From Phyllosticta citribraziliensis (taxonomy: Eukaryota), in contig NW_027117348.1 of the NCBI RefSeq assembly GCF_038025025.1, forward strand, positions 310,001 through 374,000: a stretch of 64,000 nucleotides of DNA. The letters run 5' to 3'. The position numbers and the translations under genes were made by a program. Shown here in pieces: positions 1 through 12,670 of this stretch. A model generated the notes under the pieces. The model worked only from the letters and a program-made list of their open reading frames with translations, was not told the DNA's origin and made no database searches. Numbering within the stretch: the stretch's first letter is position 1; each line of letters opens with the position of its first letter.

Positions 1-1501
1 GAACAGGGTGCCTCGAACCAGATGACGCTGTTTGGCCCGTTCATCGCGCAGGTCCCGACGCGGCTGGGCTCGACAAGGGCGCTCCGGGACGCCGCCCAGT
101 GCCTGATTGCTACCCACGAGGCCGTCATCCTCCGCAAGAGCGGCGACGGCATCAACCTGGAGCTCTACGTCAAGGCCTTGGGCAGTCTGCGCGCCGCCAT
201 CATCAACCCGGTCAAGTCCGAGTTGACGTCGACCCTATGCGCGTCAGCCTTGCTGGCCATTACCGAAGCCTACGTGCGTCCCCAACACTCTTTCTAGACG
301 CATGCTGATTGATGCAGGCGGTGGGCACCGTCGGGACGAACCGCAACTTCGTCACGCACCTGGGCGGCGCGGCCAGCATCTTGCAGAAGCTGGGCCCTGG
401 AGTCTTTAAGAATGCCCAATCATTTGAGAGGGGCGTTCTGCGAGCCATTACGGTCGGAGTGGTAAGTCCTGGCTAGGCAAAGCAAAGGCCCAATCCTGAC
501 TCTTTCAGGGACTCGACGCTCTGTTCGGCGACAAGGACGACATTCTCTGCAGCCCCGAGTGGGAAGAGGTCGCCTTTGACACGACCGGCCTGCAGGAGCC
601 GCGCCTCTCCCTCAACAAGCTCATGCGCGCCATGTCCTTTCTCCCCTCGCTCAGTCACGACATGAGAGCGTGCGAAGCTGGGTCGACGGACCCACACGTC
701 ACGCCTGCCTGCCTCTACAGGCGCGCTTTAGCTCTTCGCGTCATGGTGGATGAGGTGACGCCCTATATTTTGGAAACGCTCAAAGATCATGACCGCGTTC
801 TGCTGCTCCCTTCAGACGCATGCTCCATCTGGAAACACGCCTTCTTCTACTCGGACTACGGGACGGCCTTTGCATGCTGGTTCTACTGGAACATGAGCAT
901 GGTCGCTTTGAGCATCGTGATTGGCATCCACCGACGGCCGCACTGGGCGGCGCAGCTCGGCGGCGACCGCCAGCCGGACGAGACCATCGACCAGCTCGAG
1001 CGCGAGTGCGTCGAGATGGCGCAAAAGACGGCCATGAGCTGGGAGCACGCCATGCGCACCCGGCCGCTGGGCACCATGTACCACGACTTTGGGCTGATCA
1101 TGGCCTTCAACGTCTTCGGCGCGTACGGCTCGTCCGACGCGGCCACCTATTCGGCGGGGGAGCTGCAGGACTGGTGCTTTGCGGCGCTGAAGCAGCTCGC
1201 GTACAGCAACCGCTCGCCGCGCGGCTACTCGCGCAGCAGCACCCCCTTCTTCGCCGCCCCCGACCACGCCGACCCCCTTGCCACGCAGGACTCTTCCTCC
1301 GACAACATGCAGTGGAACCCGCGGCACCTCGAGTGGTTCGGCGCCTGGTGTACGGGCGGCTGCCTCGGCCGCTGCGACGTCCCCGACCCCCGCAACGACG
1401 TCTCTCGCAGCGCTGGCCGCGACGCCGACAACGCCAAGGACTTTCTCGTGCTGCCGCCCAACGGCCTCCGGATACCGTGGCCCAGCACGCGGAGAGTCTA
1501 G
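1..1501 (+). CDS. 3' part of a fungal-specific transcription-factor-like protein (C-terminal region of Zn2Cys6-type regulators); 5' end lies outside the window
   Basis: ORFs 22-297 and 623-1501 join in frame via introns ~274-317 (GTGCGT..CTGAT..CAG) and ~462-508 (GTAAGT..CTGAC..CAG). Motifs YVKALGSLRAAI, HLGGAASILQKLGP and PEW are typical of this family. Confidence 0.6.
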
Positions 1502-2140
1502 GCCGGTTGAGATTCGCCGTGTCAGTGTTTGATTTGTCTTTGCATGCATGGCGCGGCGTTGGTGGTTGATGGGTTTGGACTCCCTTTCTTTCTCTTGCCG
1601 ATCTTTTTTTCTGGCTCTCCCGTCGTTTCTGTGCCACAATGGCGAGGTGTGCTTCCATTCCTGGGATTCTTTGATACTGTGTCATCTCGTTGCGGGTTTC
1701 CATTCTCTACGCCCAAAATCACACTACATAGTCGTAGCTTTGCGGATGAAACCGCGGCAAATGCTGATACGTACCTGCGTCCAACATCTGAAATAACTCG
1801 TGTTGCATAACCCCTTGCTCTGTTTCCTGCCCACGCATCGCGCCTCCGCGCAGTCGGTTCCCACGCGTCCCGGACGGTTGGTCGTTGGGTCATGCGCAAC
1901 AAAACGCATCCTGCAATCCTTCGCTGCGGATCCACACCCGTCTTCTTGGGTCTTTGTTGCTCGCCGAATCACGGTCGGTCGGTACCGTGGCGCCGGACTG
2001 GTGTGGGTCATGAGGCCGTGGAGTGGGGGCGAGTGAGATGAAGAAGAGTAAGTGGTGAGCACTTTTGGGTATACATGGTTTCTTGGACAACCAGCTTGAA
2101 TGGTACTCTTTGAATTACACGTGGGTATAACGCTGCCAAT

Positions 2141-3164
2141 CTACTCGGGCCGCTGGCCAAACACGACCCAAAAGTTCAGCAGCAAATGGCTGTCCCTCCT
2201 CTTCAGATCGGCGCGCGCCTGCGCCAAAAACACCTGCACCTCGTCCGCGGTCCAGCCCAGGACGCGCGTGAAGATGGCCAGGATGAAGGCCTCGAGGCCC
2301 TCGTACGTCTGCACCATGTTGAAGGCGCCGATCTGCTTGAGCGTGTCGTCCTTGGGCCACGCGCCCAGCGGCAGCTTGACCAGCCGCGCCTCGACGTTGA
2401 CGAAGCCCGCCTCCTTCATCCACCGCTCCAGGTGCTGCCCCGGCTGCAGCGTGCGCCCGATCTTGTCGGCGCCCTCGCATAGTAGCTCCGCCAGCCGCAC
2501 CATCTTGTTGTCCGCCCCCGCCGACCCGTCTTCGGCGTAGTACCGCATCTCGTAGTCGGAGAACTCGGCCCAGCCGCCGGGCCGCGTGGCGGAAAAGGCG
2601 CGGCGCGTCAGTTGTGGCCAGTCGGCGATGGCGCCGGCCAGGTAGCGCGCGTGGACGAGGTCGAAGGCGTCGCGCTCCGGCCACTCGCTCTCGATGTCGT
2701 CGACCTCGAACCGGCAGTTGGGCGGCACCCAGTGCGGCTGGATGGGCGACAGGTCGTTGCCGACGACCTGGGCGTCTGGGTAGCGGTCGGCGGCCTCGAT
2801 GGCCCAGATGCCCGTCCCCGTGCCCACGTCGAGGATGCGCTTGGGATCCTGCTTGATGGGTGCCAGGAACAGCTTGCCCCCTTTGGCCAGCATCTGCATG
2901 TGGTGCACCATGTCCAGCCGGTCCTGCTCCTTTTCGTCGTTGGGGAAGTTGTACGCGCCCTCGCGGTAGGCGTGGAACCGGCGCCCGTTTTCCATGCGGA
3001 AGTTTTGCACGCTCGACGCCACGGACGTCGAGTAGCTCTGGCTAGAGGGAGTGTTAGAAGGGACCCCGCCGCGGACTGTAGACGTACATGTCGTCGCCAA
3101 TGGCCGAGTCCGTGTCGAACAGAGGGTCGACCTCGACCTCGTCGGCCACGCGGCTCTCTGGCAT
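2141..3164 (-). CDS. LaeA-like class I SAM-dependent methyltransferase
   Basis: Motifs ENGRRFH, PNDEKEQDRLD, ILDVGTGTGIWA, DLSPIQP, PPNCRFEVDD, RPGGWAE. ATG at 3164 (MPESRVADE..); intron 3087-3042 (GTACGT..CTAAC..TAG) restores the frame. Confidence 0.9.
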
Positions 3165-4193
3165 TCTGAGGGGTCGGTCGGATCAAACGTGTGATTCTGA
3201 GCCTAGGGCCAAGGCTAGTCGTCACCAACAGAACGGTCACTGGGTACGGCAGTGTCCAGGATTCGCTCGCAACGTGGTCCAGGTCGAACCCAGCAGACGG
3301 GTTGGAAGAAAGAAATAGGGACGAAGGATGCGGGGCGCGCTGGCCTCCGTCGAGCCCTGCGGAAAAGATCATCGGCCGCCGTCTATAAGGGGCAGTGCCA
3401 TTTTGACAGGTCGTGGGGCGCGGTTTAGTGAAAAGAGTCGGCTAAAACGGCCGGTCCTGGAGTTCCCCTTGCCGAGAAACGGCTCGCGCTGACGTTTCTG
3501 CAGGCGTTCCCGGTGGTGTGTAGGATGTCACACGGCACGCTGACATGGGGCCATCATCCGCCGAGTCGATTTGGTTGGATTGTTCATGCGGTGTCTTGCC
3601 AGAAGGCTGTGTATCTTGCGTATTCCAGCCTTGGGCAGCGGGAAACCTCACGCGGACGGCAAACGGAGAGGACCATCCCCTGGCGCGTCGCAATAAGTCG
3701 AGCAAAAGTGGCATGATCCAGGGCCACCGTCCTCTTTTTCAGTAGAGCACTGACTGGAACAGGCAACCGGGGCGGATCCATGATGGGCAGGTCTGAAGCT
3801 GTACGCGGATGCGGAAGTGAGCCCGGTGGCGAGGGCAGTCTGATTGGCGTACGGCGGGGCTCTTCGAGCACGGAGACGGCCGGCAAGTCGAGATACAGCG
3901 AAAGTGATGAACAACGACGACGAAACGGTGGAGAAGAGAGACAATTGCCGTGACCACGACCGTCTGATGACCTGGACCATGTAGCGGAGATAAACTTCGG
4001 GGTCTCCGGGCTCGGGAGCGGGCCGCCGCGTGTCCTCCCGCGCTAGCCAGATTAGGAAAACAGACGAGACGACGCGAGACGCGTCGCCGCCACGTCCACC
4101 AACCTCCACCTTTTCCACCACCTCCGTCATCACGATCCCATTGCGCCCGTCCCTCGCCCGCTCTTCACTCACGCTCAATGAACTTGCGATCCA

Positions 4194-5967
4194 ATGCCTC
4201 CCACCCGCGGCTACTCTCCCATCGAATCCCAATGGGTCCCCCCTGAGGACCGCGGGTCCGTCGTCTACGTCTGGTGCTCTGCCGACATTCCTCGCCATGC
4301 ACGTCCGCATCTTGTCCCTGCTCGGCCGCAGCCGCTAACAAGCTCCAACACAGGCCGTCGACCAATTCCTGCTCGCTGCCGACCACCGCTACTTCTTCAA
4401 GCGCAAATACCGCCTCTGTCTCGTCCACAACTACGACCTACACGGGTACCAGCCCAGGCACCCCAGCCTCCGCAAGCCGAACAACCCGCTCTTCGTCAAC
4501 GAAAAGGATCTCCCCTGCGTTCCTGCGGCTTGCGCCACAGTGTCCATCGAATTGGACGAGCTCAGCGCCGAAGACGTGTCGACGTGTCTGCTTCGCGTCA
4601 ACGGGTGGGGCAAGCCCGAGAAATATGGCGAGGTGCGGTGCCGTTGGAAGAACGCCCTGCTGGTTTCGGTAGTCCTCCAGGACGGGAAGACGGACATGAT
4701 GACTCTACAGTGCATCGCGGCTTTCAATGGAGGCGTCGTTCCAGCAGAGGGCGGGGGTCGGTCGTGGATCATGAACAGCCGCATTCCCGACGCGTTCACG
4801 CAGCGACGCATGCCTCCGGCCTCGAAAGGGCGACCTGACGATAGTAGTCCGTGTCCAGTGTTTGTCACGGGCAGAGTCAGGCGAAAGGTACGCAGCTCCT
4901 CGGGATTCCCAAACGCAATCGCTCAGATCCGGTCCTAGGTCCTCAACCGGTTCTTGGAGGAGGTCAACATGCGTGGCCGCATACATCGCGCCTCCATCAT
5001 CAACATCGACATGAAACGGGACGAGTCGTATCATTTCGTCAAGAAGCCTCCTCTCCTCGGAAAGCTGCCCAAGGCCTTTCGAGGCATCACCCTCGGCGCT
5101 CTTTGCGAGTTTATGACGGGGCACTGCCGCCAGGCAGACATCAACTCGAAGTACTTTGTCGTCCTGGACGGCTTCACGTGCGAGCGGCTTCCCGCAATGC
5201 GCGGGCAGGCGTTCGAGAGGCGCAGCGGCAAAAGACTCAACTGCGCCATCGTCGACACGTTCTGCGAAGGCGCCGGCGGCCCTCTCGCGCTGCGCTGCAC
5301 CTTCAACTCCGCCGCCGAAATCCTCGACGACCTCATGACGACGGGGGCAAGCCTGCAGCAATACGCCAACGACGCGGCCGTCGAGCGGCGCGGCTGCCAC
5401 TGCTTTTCCACCAACTACGACGGCACCGTCCTCTTCCCGCAGCCGATGGTGGGGCTCTCCGTGATGAAGGAATCCGAGGAAGTTTGCAGCCGAGATGTGA
5501 CGAGCGACCTCGCGGGCTTGCAGCGAGTGATCGAAGAGCACCAGTTCACGGGAGACCCAGCAGATTGCCCGCCGGAGCTCTCGCAGCCTGACGTGGGCGA
5601 GCACCTGCCGTCACCGATCAAGTCTGTGGTGCGAAGCAGGCTGGCCCAGTGGATCGAGCAGCGCGAGTCCGATACCGTGCTGCCAGAGGTCGAGGTGATT
5701 CCGCGTCGCAAGAGGCGCTGTTCCCCTGATCCGGACCACGACTCGGGCATTGGCTCTAGCCAGCACACGGCCAATCCCTCTTCGAGGGTCGACAGCGAGT
5801 CTCCTTCGAAGAGGAGAAAGGTGGACAGTATCATGGACGATGAAGTGAGCGAAGACGATGATGACGACGATGGTGACGAGGAAGAATATGATGATATTGA
5901 GGATGACGCCTTTTACGAGATCAAGCTGCCCAGGTGCACCGGACTGACGCAGTTGAGCTTTGACTGA
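4194..5967 (+). CDS. Hypothetical protein, paralogue A (3 exons)
   Basis: Exons 4194-4298, 4354-4887, 4939-5967 are in frame (intron 1 GCACGT..CTAAC..CAG, intron 2 GTACGC..TAG). Basic NLS-like and acidic patches; clear similarity to the next gene. Confidence 0.7.
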
Positions 5968-6533
5968 GCAGTCGTCGTTGCTGTTGACATTTCAAGCGTC
6001 GCGTGCTTGCAGCTTTGATACCCTGGCTTTTACGATTTTCTTTGGATCTTTTTTTTTTTTTGGTGCTGGATGGATCGACTCGGTCTGGCTTTGTAATACT
6101 TGCGCTCTGTTCTTCGCATCCCATCGTGCAACTTTTCTTTGGATAAAAGCAGTGCGGTGATGTCATGGAATGGTGTTTGGATTTTTCTCCCTTTCTTCGC
6201 TCGCGTGTGTAGATGTACCTGGCTTTTCAATTTCATCGCATATTCATCTACCTACAATCCTCCCTCCGATTCCGATCACAATCCAGCATTTATATCGAAT
6301 ACTTCATATCTGCCTGGATTGTAAGGCCAGACATCTGCCCCGCTTCTCCACGCGAATCCCACGCGCCACTCTCGCGTGTGCAGGGACAGGGACACGCGGC
6401 TCAACGCGGGCGGGACGGACAGCCACCCGAACACACCAAACGACGCATCCTTCCTCGCCGCCATCCCATCTCGTCTTAGCCAATCGCGTGGCGCTCCTGG
6501 CGCTTTGTTGCGCCGACTGGCGCGTTTCAGTTC

Positions 6534-8593
6534 ATGTCCGCCGACAGTGAACTTCCTCCTGGGTGTGCACTGCACGCTGCGCCGCAGAGGATATGGGACA
6601 AGTTGATCTGGGTGCTGGTCACCATCACGAAGCTCACGTACTTCATCAAGGACCCTGAGGATCCCAACAAAAAGAAAGAAATTCGGAAGCCCGAAATAAC
6701 CAGGGTCTGCTACTCAAGAATCATGTCAATGGCTCTGATGCTAACCTGTGCTGCAGTTGATCGACGACTTCTTCCTCGCCGCCGACAGCCCGCTGCCCAT
6801 CGACCGCCGTCACTCCGCCCTCCTGTTCTTTCGCTCCAAGGAACTCCGACGATACGAGTGCAGGCGCAAAGACATTGTCGCCAGGGGTGGCATTTGGTAC
6901 ATTGAGCGAGATGGCAAGGCGGAGGAGCCTATTGCGGTGGGAGAGTTTCCCGCCAACATGTGGCCGGTCTCGGTCGAGCTGGACGACCAAACGGGACTCG
7001 ACTGGAGTAGCTGCTTGATCCACGTCAATGGCACGCTCCACGGGGGACCGTTTGGCGAGGTCAGATGCGCCTGGGGCTCCGTCCTCCAAGTCAGCCAGGG
7101 GATTCTGCACAGAACGACGGATATTGCTTCGATCCAGTCTCACGCCGCTATTCACGGCGGCGTCTTCCCAGTCGACTGGTGGTACCCGGAGCAGGATGAA
7201 CTGCCCGACGAGCTGCTCCGCCCGACCATGCCGCTCACCTGGTCGAGACATCCAGACGGCACGCCGTGGCCCGTCTTCGTGACGGGCGACATATCGGACG
7301 AGGCAGGCCTCTCCGCACACTCTCTTTTCCCAGACGACGACTGATTGTGTAGACAAGGCCATCAACGTGTTCCTCGACAACGCCAACCTCTCCCCGCTCG
7401 ACCCGACCCATCGCCTGCGCGCCCGCGTCGTCGACATGCCCGCCGGGCACCCCGACGCCTTCGTCTTCATCGACCAGTCGCCCGTCCCGCCACTGGCCCG
7501 CTGCTTCCGCGGCCTCTCGCACGCCGCCATCTGCGACTTTCTGCGCCGCAAGGCCTACGGCGACATTGCGTGCACCAACTTCGTCATCCTCGACAAGCTC
7601 GCGAGCCCGACGGCCAAACCGGGTTTGGCCAACTCGCCCAACCCAGACGACATCACCATCTTCCGCGGCAGACAGTGGTCGTGCGTTCTCGGCGACGTGT
7701 GCGACCGCGAGCTGCACGGGCTGGTCATGACGCACTGCGCGTTCGACTCGTGCGCCGAGGTCATCGACCAGGTGAGCGATGTCGATGCGCTGAGTTCGTT
7801 TGCGAACGACGCTGCCATCCTAAGCGATGGCTGCTTTCGCTATTCGATGGACCGCGTGAATTATGACCGGAAGAGAAGGGAGAAGGAAGAAGAGCAAGCG
7901 CTGTATTCGCGCCCCGCCCGCCGCAAATCCAAACCGCGCGTCGAGCCCCTCGCGCTCCCTCAGGTCCCGCCCGTCGTCGTGTGCCAGGGCGCCAGCAAGA
8001 CGGCGCCGCCACTGCCGAGGCCGGCCACGCCAACAGAGACGACGGAAAGGAAGAAGAAGAGGAAGAGGAGGAGGAAAAGGCACCGCAACAGTGACATCTC
8101 TTCCAGCTCCTCATCCACGGATTCATCCCCCGTCGCCCTGCCCAATCGCCCCCCGGCCAAAAGCTCCGTTCTGCGCCCTAGCTTTCCCGGGCGCAGCTTC
8201 GTCCGCTCGCTGTCGCGCGACGTCGAGTACGAGCCGCTGTTCACGCAGAGCCATGCGCTGGGCCTGGAGTCGCACGAGGAGAGCGAAGCGGTGGCGAGCG
8301 TTACGCCGAGACATAGCATGCTGGCGTCGAGCACGCAGCTGTTTGGCCTGAAGCAGACGCAGGGTGAATACGATTATGGAGATGATGATGATGAGGGAGG
8401 CAGCCAGGCCACGGAGGTCGACGACGATGGAGACGGCGCGTCAGTACACGATACGGAGATTGACGAGGACGATGATGACTATGGCGAGCTCGATGTCGAT
8501 GTCCCAGAGCAGTCGTTCCACGCGCCGGCGTCGCAGTGGTATGATGTGCGTTTGCCGCCGGCCACCGGGCTCACGCAGATGAGCGGTGATTGA
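6534..8593 (+). CDS. Hypothetical protein, paralogue B (3 exons)
   Basis: Exons 6534-6704, 6757-7302, ~7358-8593. Shares D.F.LAAD, VS.ELD, GEVRC.W, GGV.P, PVFVTG, FV.LD, ANDAA and C-terminal Y...LP..TGLTQ.S.D with paralogue A. Confidence 0.65.
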
Positions 8594-10107
8594 CGCTTTT
8601 TCGCTGGAGTCGTGGCGCAGCGCGGCGCTTGATTGGCATGTTTGGCATAGTCGTGTTGGGGCAATGTCTGCCCCTGTGTTTTGGAGCTTTTTGGTTTTGT
8701 CGTTTCTTTGCACCTTGGGAGCTGATGTGTTTGGACTCGTTGTACATGTGTGGTATATGGTTTTGGAGTGGCAATGTGGTCGATTTTCAAAAAGCGATTT
8801 CTCGTACGTCTGTTGCCTTCTTCCTGCCTTGGTGTTTACGGCGACAACGTTCACTGTCAATATGTAAATGACAGTTATCCAATATCGAGAGGCGGGTCGC
8901 TGGTTCTGCTTTCGAGATCCAGGCTACGCGATTCCGGCGCAAGAGTCATTTCTTCATCTGGCTGGAACCCTATTCCTCTACCTCTCATTGTTGCCCACTT
9001 GCACGCCACGCCCAACCCCATTTGCAGAATCAAGTCCTTCCTCTGAAGTTTTTTGATCCACCTTCAAACGCATCCTCAGTCTCTGCGAGGGCCCTCGACG
9101 AGTCTTGCCCCGCGGAGTCTGCAGTACAATTCCACCCTTATGTGTCCGACGACTACATCAACGCAAGTTGTTCCATGACCGCTTTCTCAGGCCGAGTGAC
9201 AGTTGGACTGATGCGCGGAAAGACGGCGTTCAAAGACAGCGGCTTCACGCTCGTCATGCAAGGCATGAGTCGTCGCATCATTTTCTTTCGGCATCGGAGA
9301 CCGTATGCTGCCAATAGAAGGAGAGAAGGCGTATCGTACTCGCGAGGAAGACGTCGCAAAAACTTCCTATTCTCTGGAAACAAGTGATCCGATTCCGTCG
9401 GACCGGAGCTGCCCAAAAGGTTGGACGGGAATTCCATCCCACGCAGCGATGAAGACCATCATATTGAGCGATCATCTTTTCGTCGCAGGTCACTGTGACG
9501 AACGGTCTTCTTTTTTTCTGGCTCCTGCGGCGTTTCGCGCCACGCAAATAGAGAAGTCAGCGTGTAGGCATCGCTTGAAGCCGAAGTGGGCGGAGAGAGA
9601 GCATTTGAGGAAACGTCGCAACAAACAAGTTCCTAAGACCGTAGCAGCGCCTTTCTCCCTTCAAATTCGCAAATCACTTCGCGAAATTCGCAGGTATTTG
9701 GCTGTGGTCAGCTCATTCCCCTCGCAGTCTTGAATACCGTTCGTCGTGTCGCATGTCTGAGCTGCAGCGACTCGTCTGCCAGCAGGCCCGGCCTTGCGGC
9801 CAAAGCAAAGACCCGAAACTGTTGCACTTTCAGATGCTGGCACTCTCTTCGGGGTCGGAGAAGTATTTGGAGACTTGAAAGCCACTGGAGGGCTGGCACA
9901 ACAGGGAATCGATCGAAGTGAGTTGTCTACATTAACAACTTTTGTACACAACTAGCAGGAACGCTGACAACGGAAATGGGTATCTTGAGTAAAAGACCAA
10001 ACCTCCTAGAGCCAAACAAAGGAAACAATGGAAAGATACAAAAGAAGACAAGAAAGCCTTTGAGCAAGCTTGAAAGTAAGGGTTAGGAGCGTCGAAGATG
10101 AGAGTGA

Positions 10108-12670
10108 CTACCGCCTTCTCTGCTCACTGCGGGTAAGCTCCTCCAGCAGGTTTTGGTCCATCCGGACGGCTGATCGAGTGACCTTCAACCGCATTTGCAA
10201 AACCTCTCTGTCGAAAGTGCCGTGGTCAAAGCTTAAGACGATGCGAGTAGGTTCTGGCGTTGAGGGAAGGGAGGCAGTCTCATCGGAGGAAGACTCCTCA
10301 CTGAAAGACTTCTCACTGGAAGGCTCGTCCCTGGAAGGCTCGCCACTGGGAGGCTCGCCAATTGTAGCCTCGCCAATGGAAGACTCGTCACTGGAAGCCT
10401 CGTCACTGGAGGCCTCGTCACTGGAAGCATCGTCACTGGAAGTCTCATCGGAAGCTGAATCTCCAGAGGAAGAGTCGTTTAAGGCAGAATTGTCAGAGAC
10501 AGAACCACCAGAGTCGGAATCGCAGTCGTAGCAGTCGGAGTCGCAGCAGTCGGAGTCGGAAGGCGTTTGCTGCTGGACGGCAGCATGGGAGGCGATGGCG
10601 GCTTTGGCAGCTTCAGCTTGAGCCTTCGCATCTGCAGCCTTCTTCCTTTCTTTTTCCACCGCCCGTTTCTCTGCCTCTACCCGACGTTCCGCATCCTCCT
10701 GAGCCCTTCGCGCCCTGTTGGCGACAAGCTCTCGCCTCCTTCTTTCTTCCAGTTTGGCCTGTGCCTCCCGTATGGCCCTCGTCGCTGGTATCTCGAGAAG
10801 GGCTCTCCTCCTTTTCTCCCGCTCTGCAACCTGAGCCCTGGCTGCCGCTCCACCCTCCGCCATTGCTTTCTCCATAGCCTCTTTCTCCGCCTTCGCCTTG
10901 GCCTCCTCTTCCTTTTTACGGGCTTGGATTTCTGCCGCCACTGCCTCCGCCCGGATCTGAGCCTGCACCTCCCTGGCTTCAGCCTCGGCTCGGCGTTGGG
11001 CTTCGTACTCCCAGAGCGTTGCGTGAACAAGCTCCTCAACGGTCTCTAGCTCGGGAGGATCTCTTCCTCCAGTCCTGAAGCCGAACTGATCCGCTATGAC
11101 GGATACGGTGTTCTCTGGATATTCTTCGTCCCCAAGGTTGGCAGCGAACTCTCTCGTGAGCTCGGCTATAACTTCTGCGTCGGAATTGGCCTCAGCAAAA
11201 ACAGCTTCAGACCCGCTTGGACGTGGTTGCCCAGGAAGCGAGTCCTCAGGCTCAACTTTGGGGGTGACATCTTCAGGACCAGGTTCGGATTCGGGTGGCT
11301 CGGGGGAAGGTGTTAGGTCGTAGTTCGGCACGAACCTCGACGGCGGCTCAGGAGTCGGGACGTAGAAGTTCCGTCGCGCTTTGTTCTTGAAGCGCTTCCT
11401 GGTTGGCTTTTGGTTTTCAGAGCCTTGAGAGGGGCTCTTGGGCGAGTTGTTCGATCCAGACGGCCTTGCATGGGATTCCTGGCCAGGACTGGCAGCAGCT
11501 CTCGGTCGGCGAGCGTCGTCCCTCTTCCTCTTCACGATGTGTTGAGCCTTTTGAGGACTCGTCTCGATGGACGAAACGGCTTCGTCCTCCTCGACGAGCC
11601 TCCGATCCTCGGAGTCCTCGCGTTCCGTGAGGTCCGCTTCGGCAATGGCAGTGCGGGCCATGGCGCTCTGGGCTCTTCGACGGGCTGGTCGGGAGGGCTG
11701 TCGCCTCCGCGGACTTTGTGAAATCGGCTCAAGGTCTTCAGAGGAGGTGCTGGGAGGAGTCGGCAGGGCGTGAATAATCGATTGCGTACGGTTTTCCAGC
11801 GGCAAGTCGACCTGCTTGAATTGATCGTCAGTTTCTGAAACTCTCGTCTTGTTGAAGTTTTCGCATACCTCATCTCGAAGAGGTGGTGTTTGACGATACC
11901 CCGAAAACGTCGGGGCGTCCATCAACGGGGGCGGGAGACGGCTGTAGTGGCACTCGTGGAGCCGACTGTGCAGCGCCTCATTTAGGGCCGCAACGTTGAA
12001 TCGCCGGCCGTCCTCTGACGCCGCTATATCATTGGACAACTCCTCCCAGCGGCGATAAAGATCAGGCCAGTTTTGTCCGCCTTGATGAAAGGCTTCGAAT
12101 CCTGGCTTTGGGGGATCCAGGAGGAAGCTGCGGGTGGACCGCAATACAGCGCAGAAGCGACGATCAAAAGGGATCACGGCAGCCACGTTGAAACCAAGAG
12201 TCTGGGTTGCGTGCTCCAGCCTGAAGATGAGCCCTTCAAGGTCTTGATGGTGAATGTGGACACCAGCAAACCGCCAGAGCATTTCTCTTGCGTGGCTAGT
12301 GAGAACGTGCTGCGTGAAATGACATCTCCCGCACCGTAACAGGTGTCTCAAGATGAATCCAGAAACCACGAATACTAGCAGCCGTGCAGGATCCTGATCA
12401 ATGTCGCGAATGACATTGATGCCGGGTGTTGCGGAGGGCAGCAATCGCCGGCGTTGCGTCAACTGCATGTCGAAGTCACGTTGCGTTGGTCGGGGGGTCT
12501 TGGGGATGAGGACGATGGGCGAGCCGTCTCTGACGTAAGGATTTTGTTCGATGATGCGATTGTAGTCGAGGTCTGCCAAGTGGCGTAGTTAGCGTCTCCA
12601 GAAACTTCCACGTCAGGCTAGCCTTTCGAAGTGATGGGAGCATACTTTCGCGTGTGGCGCGAGCCGACAT
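10108..12670 (-). CDS. Large hypothetical protein with Pro/Ser-rich, coiled-coil and Ser/Asp-repeat regions
   Basis: 823-codon ORF plus short first exon (ATG at 12670, intron GTATGC..CTAAC..CAG). Confidence 0.75.
10295..10450. repeat. 15-bp coding tandem repeat (TCGTCACTGGAAGCC-like) encoding SSDEA/SSEES units
   Basis: About 10 degenerate 15-mers visible; translation SSDDASSDEASSDEASSDES. Confidence 0.8.
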
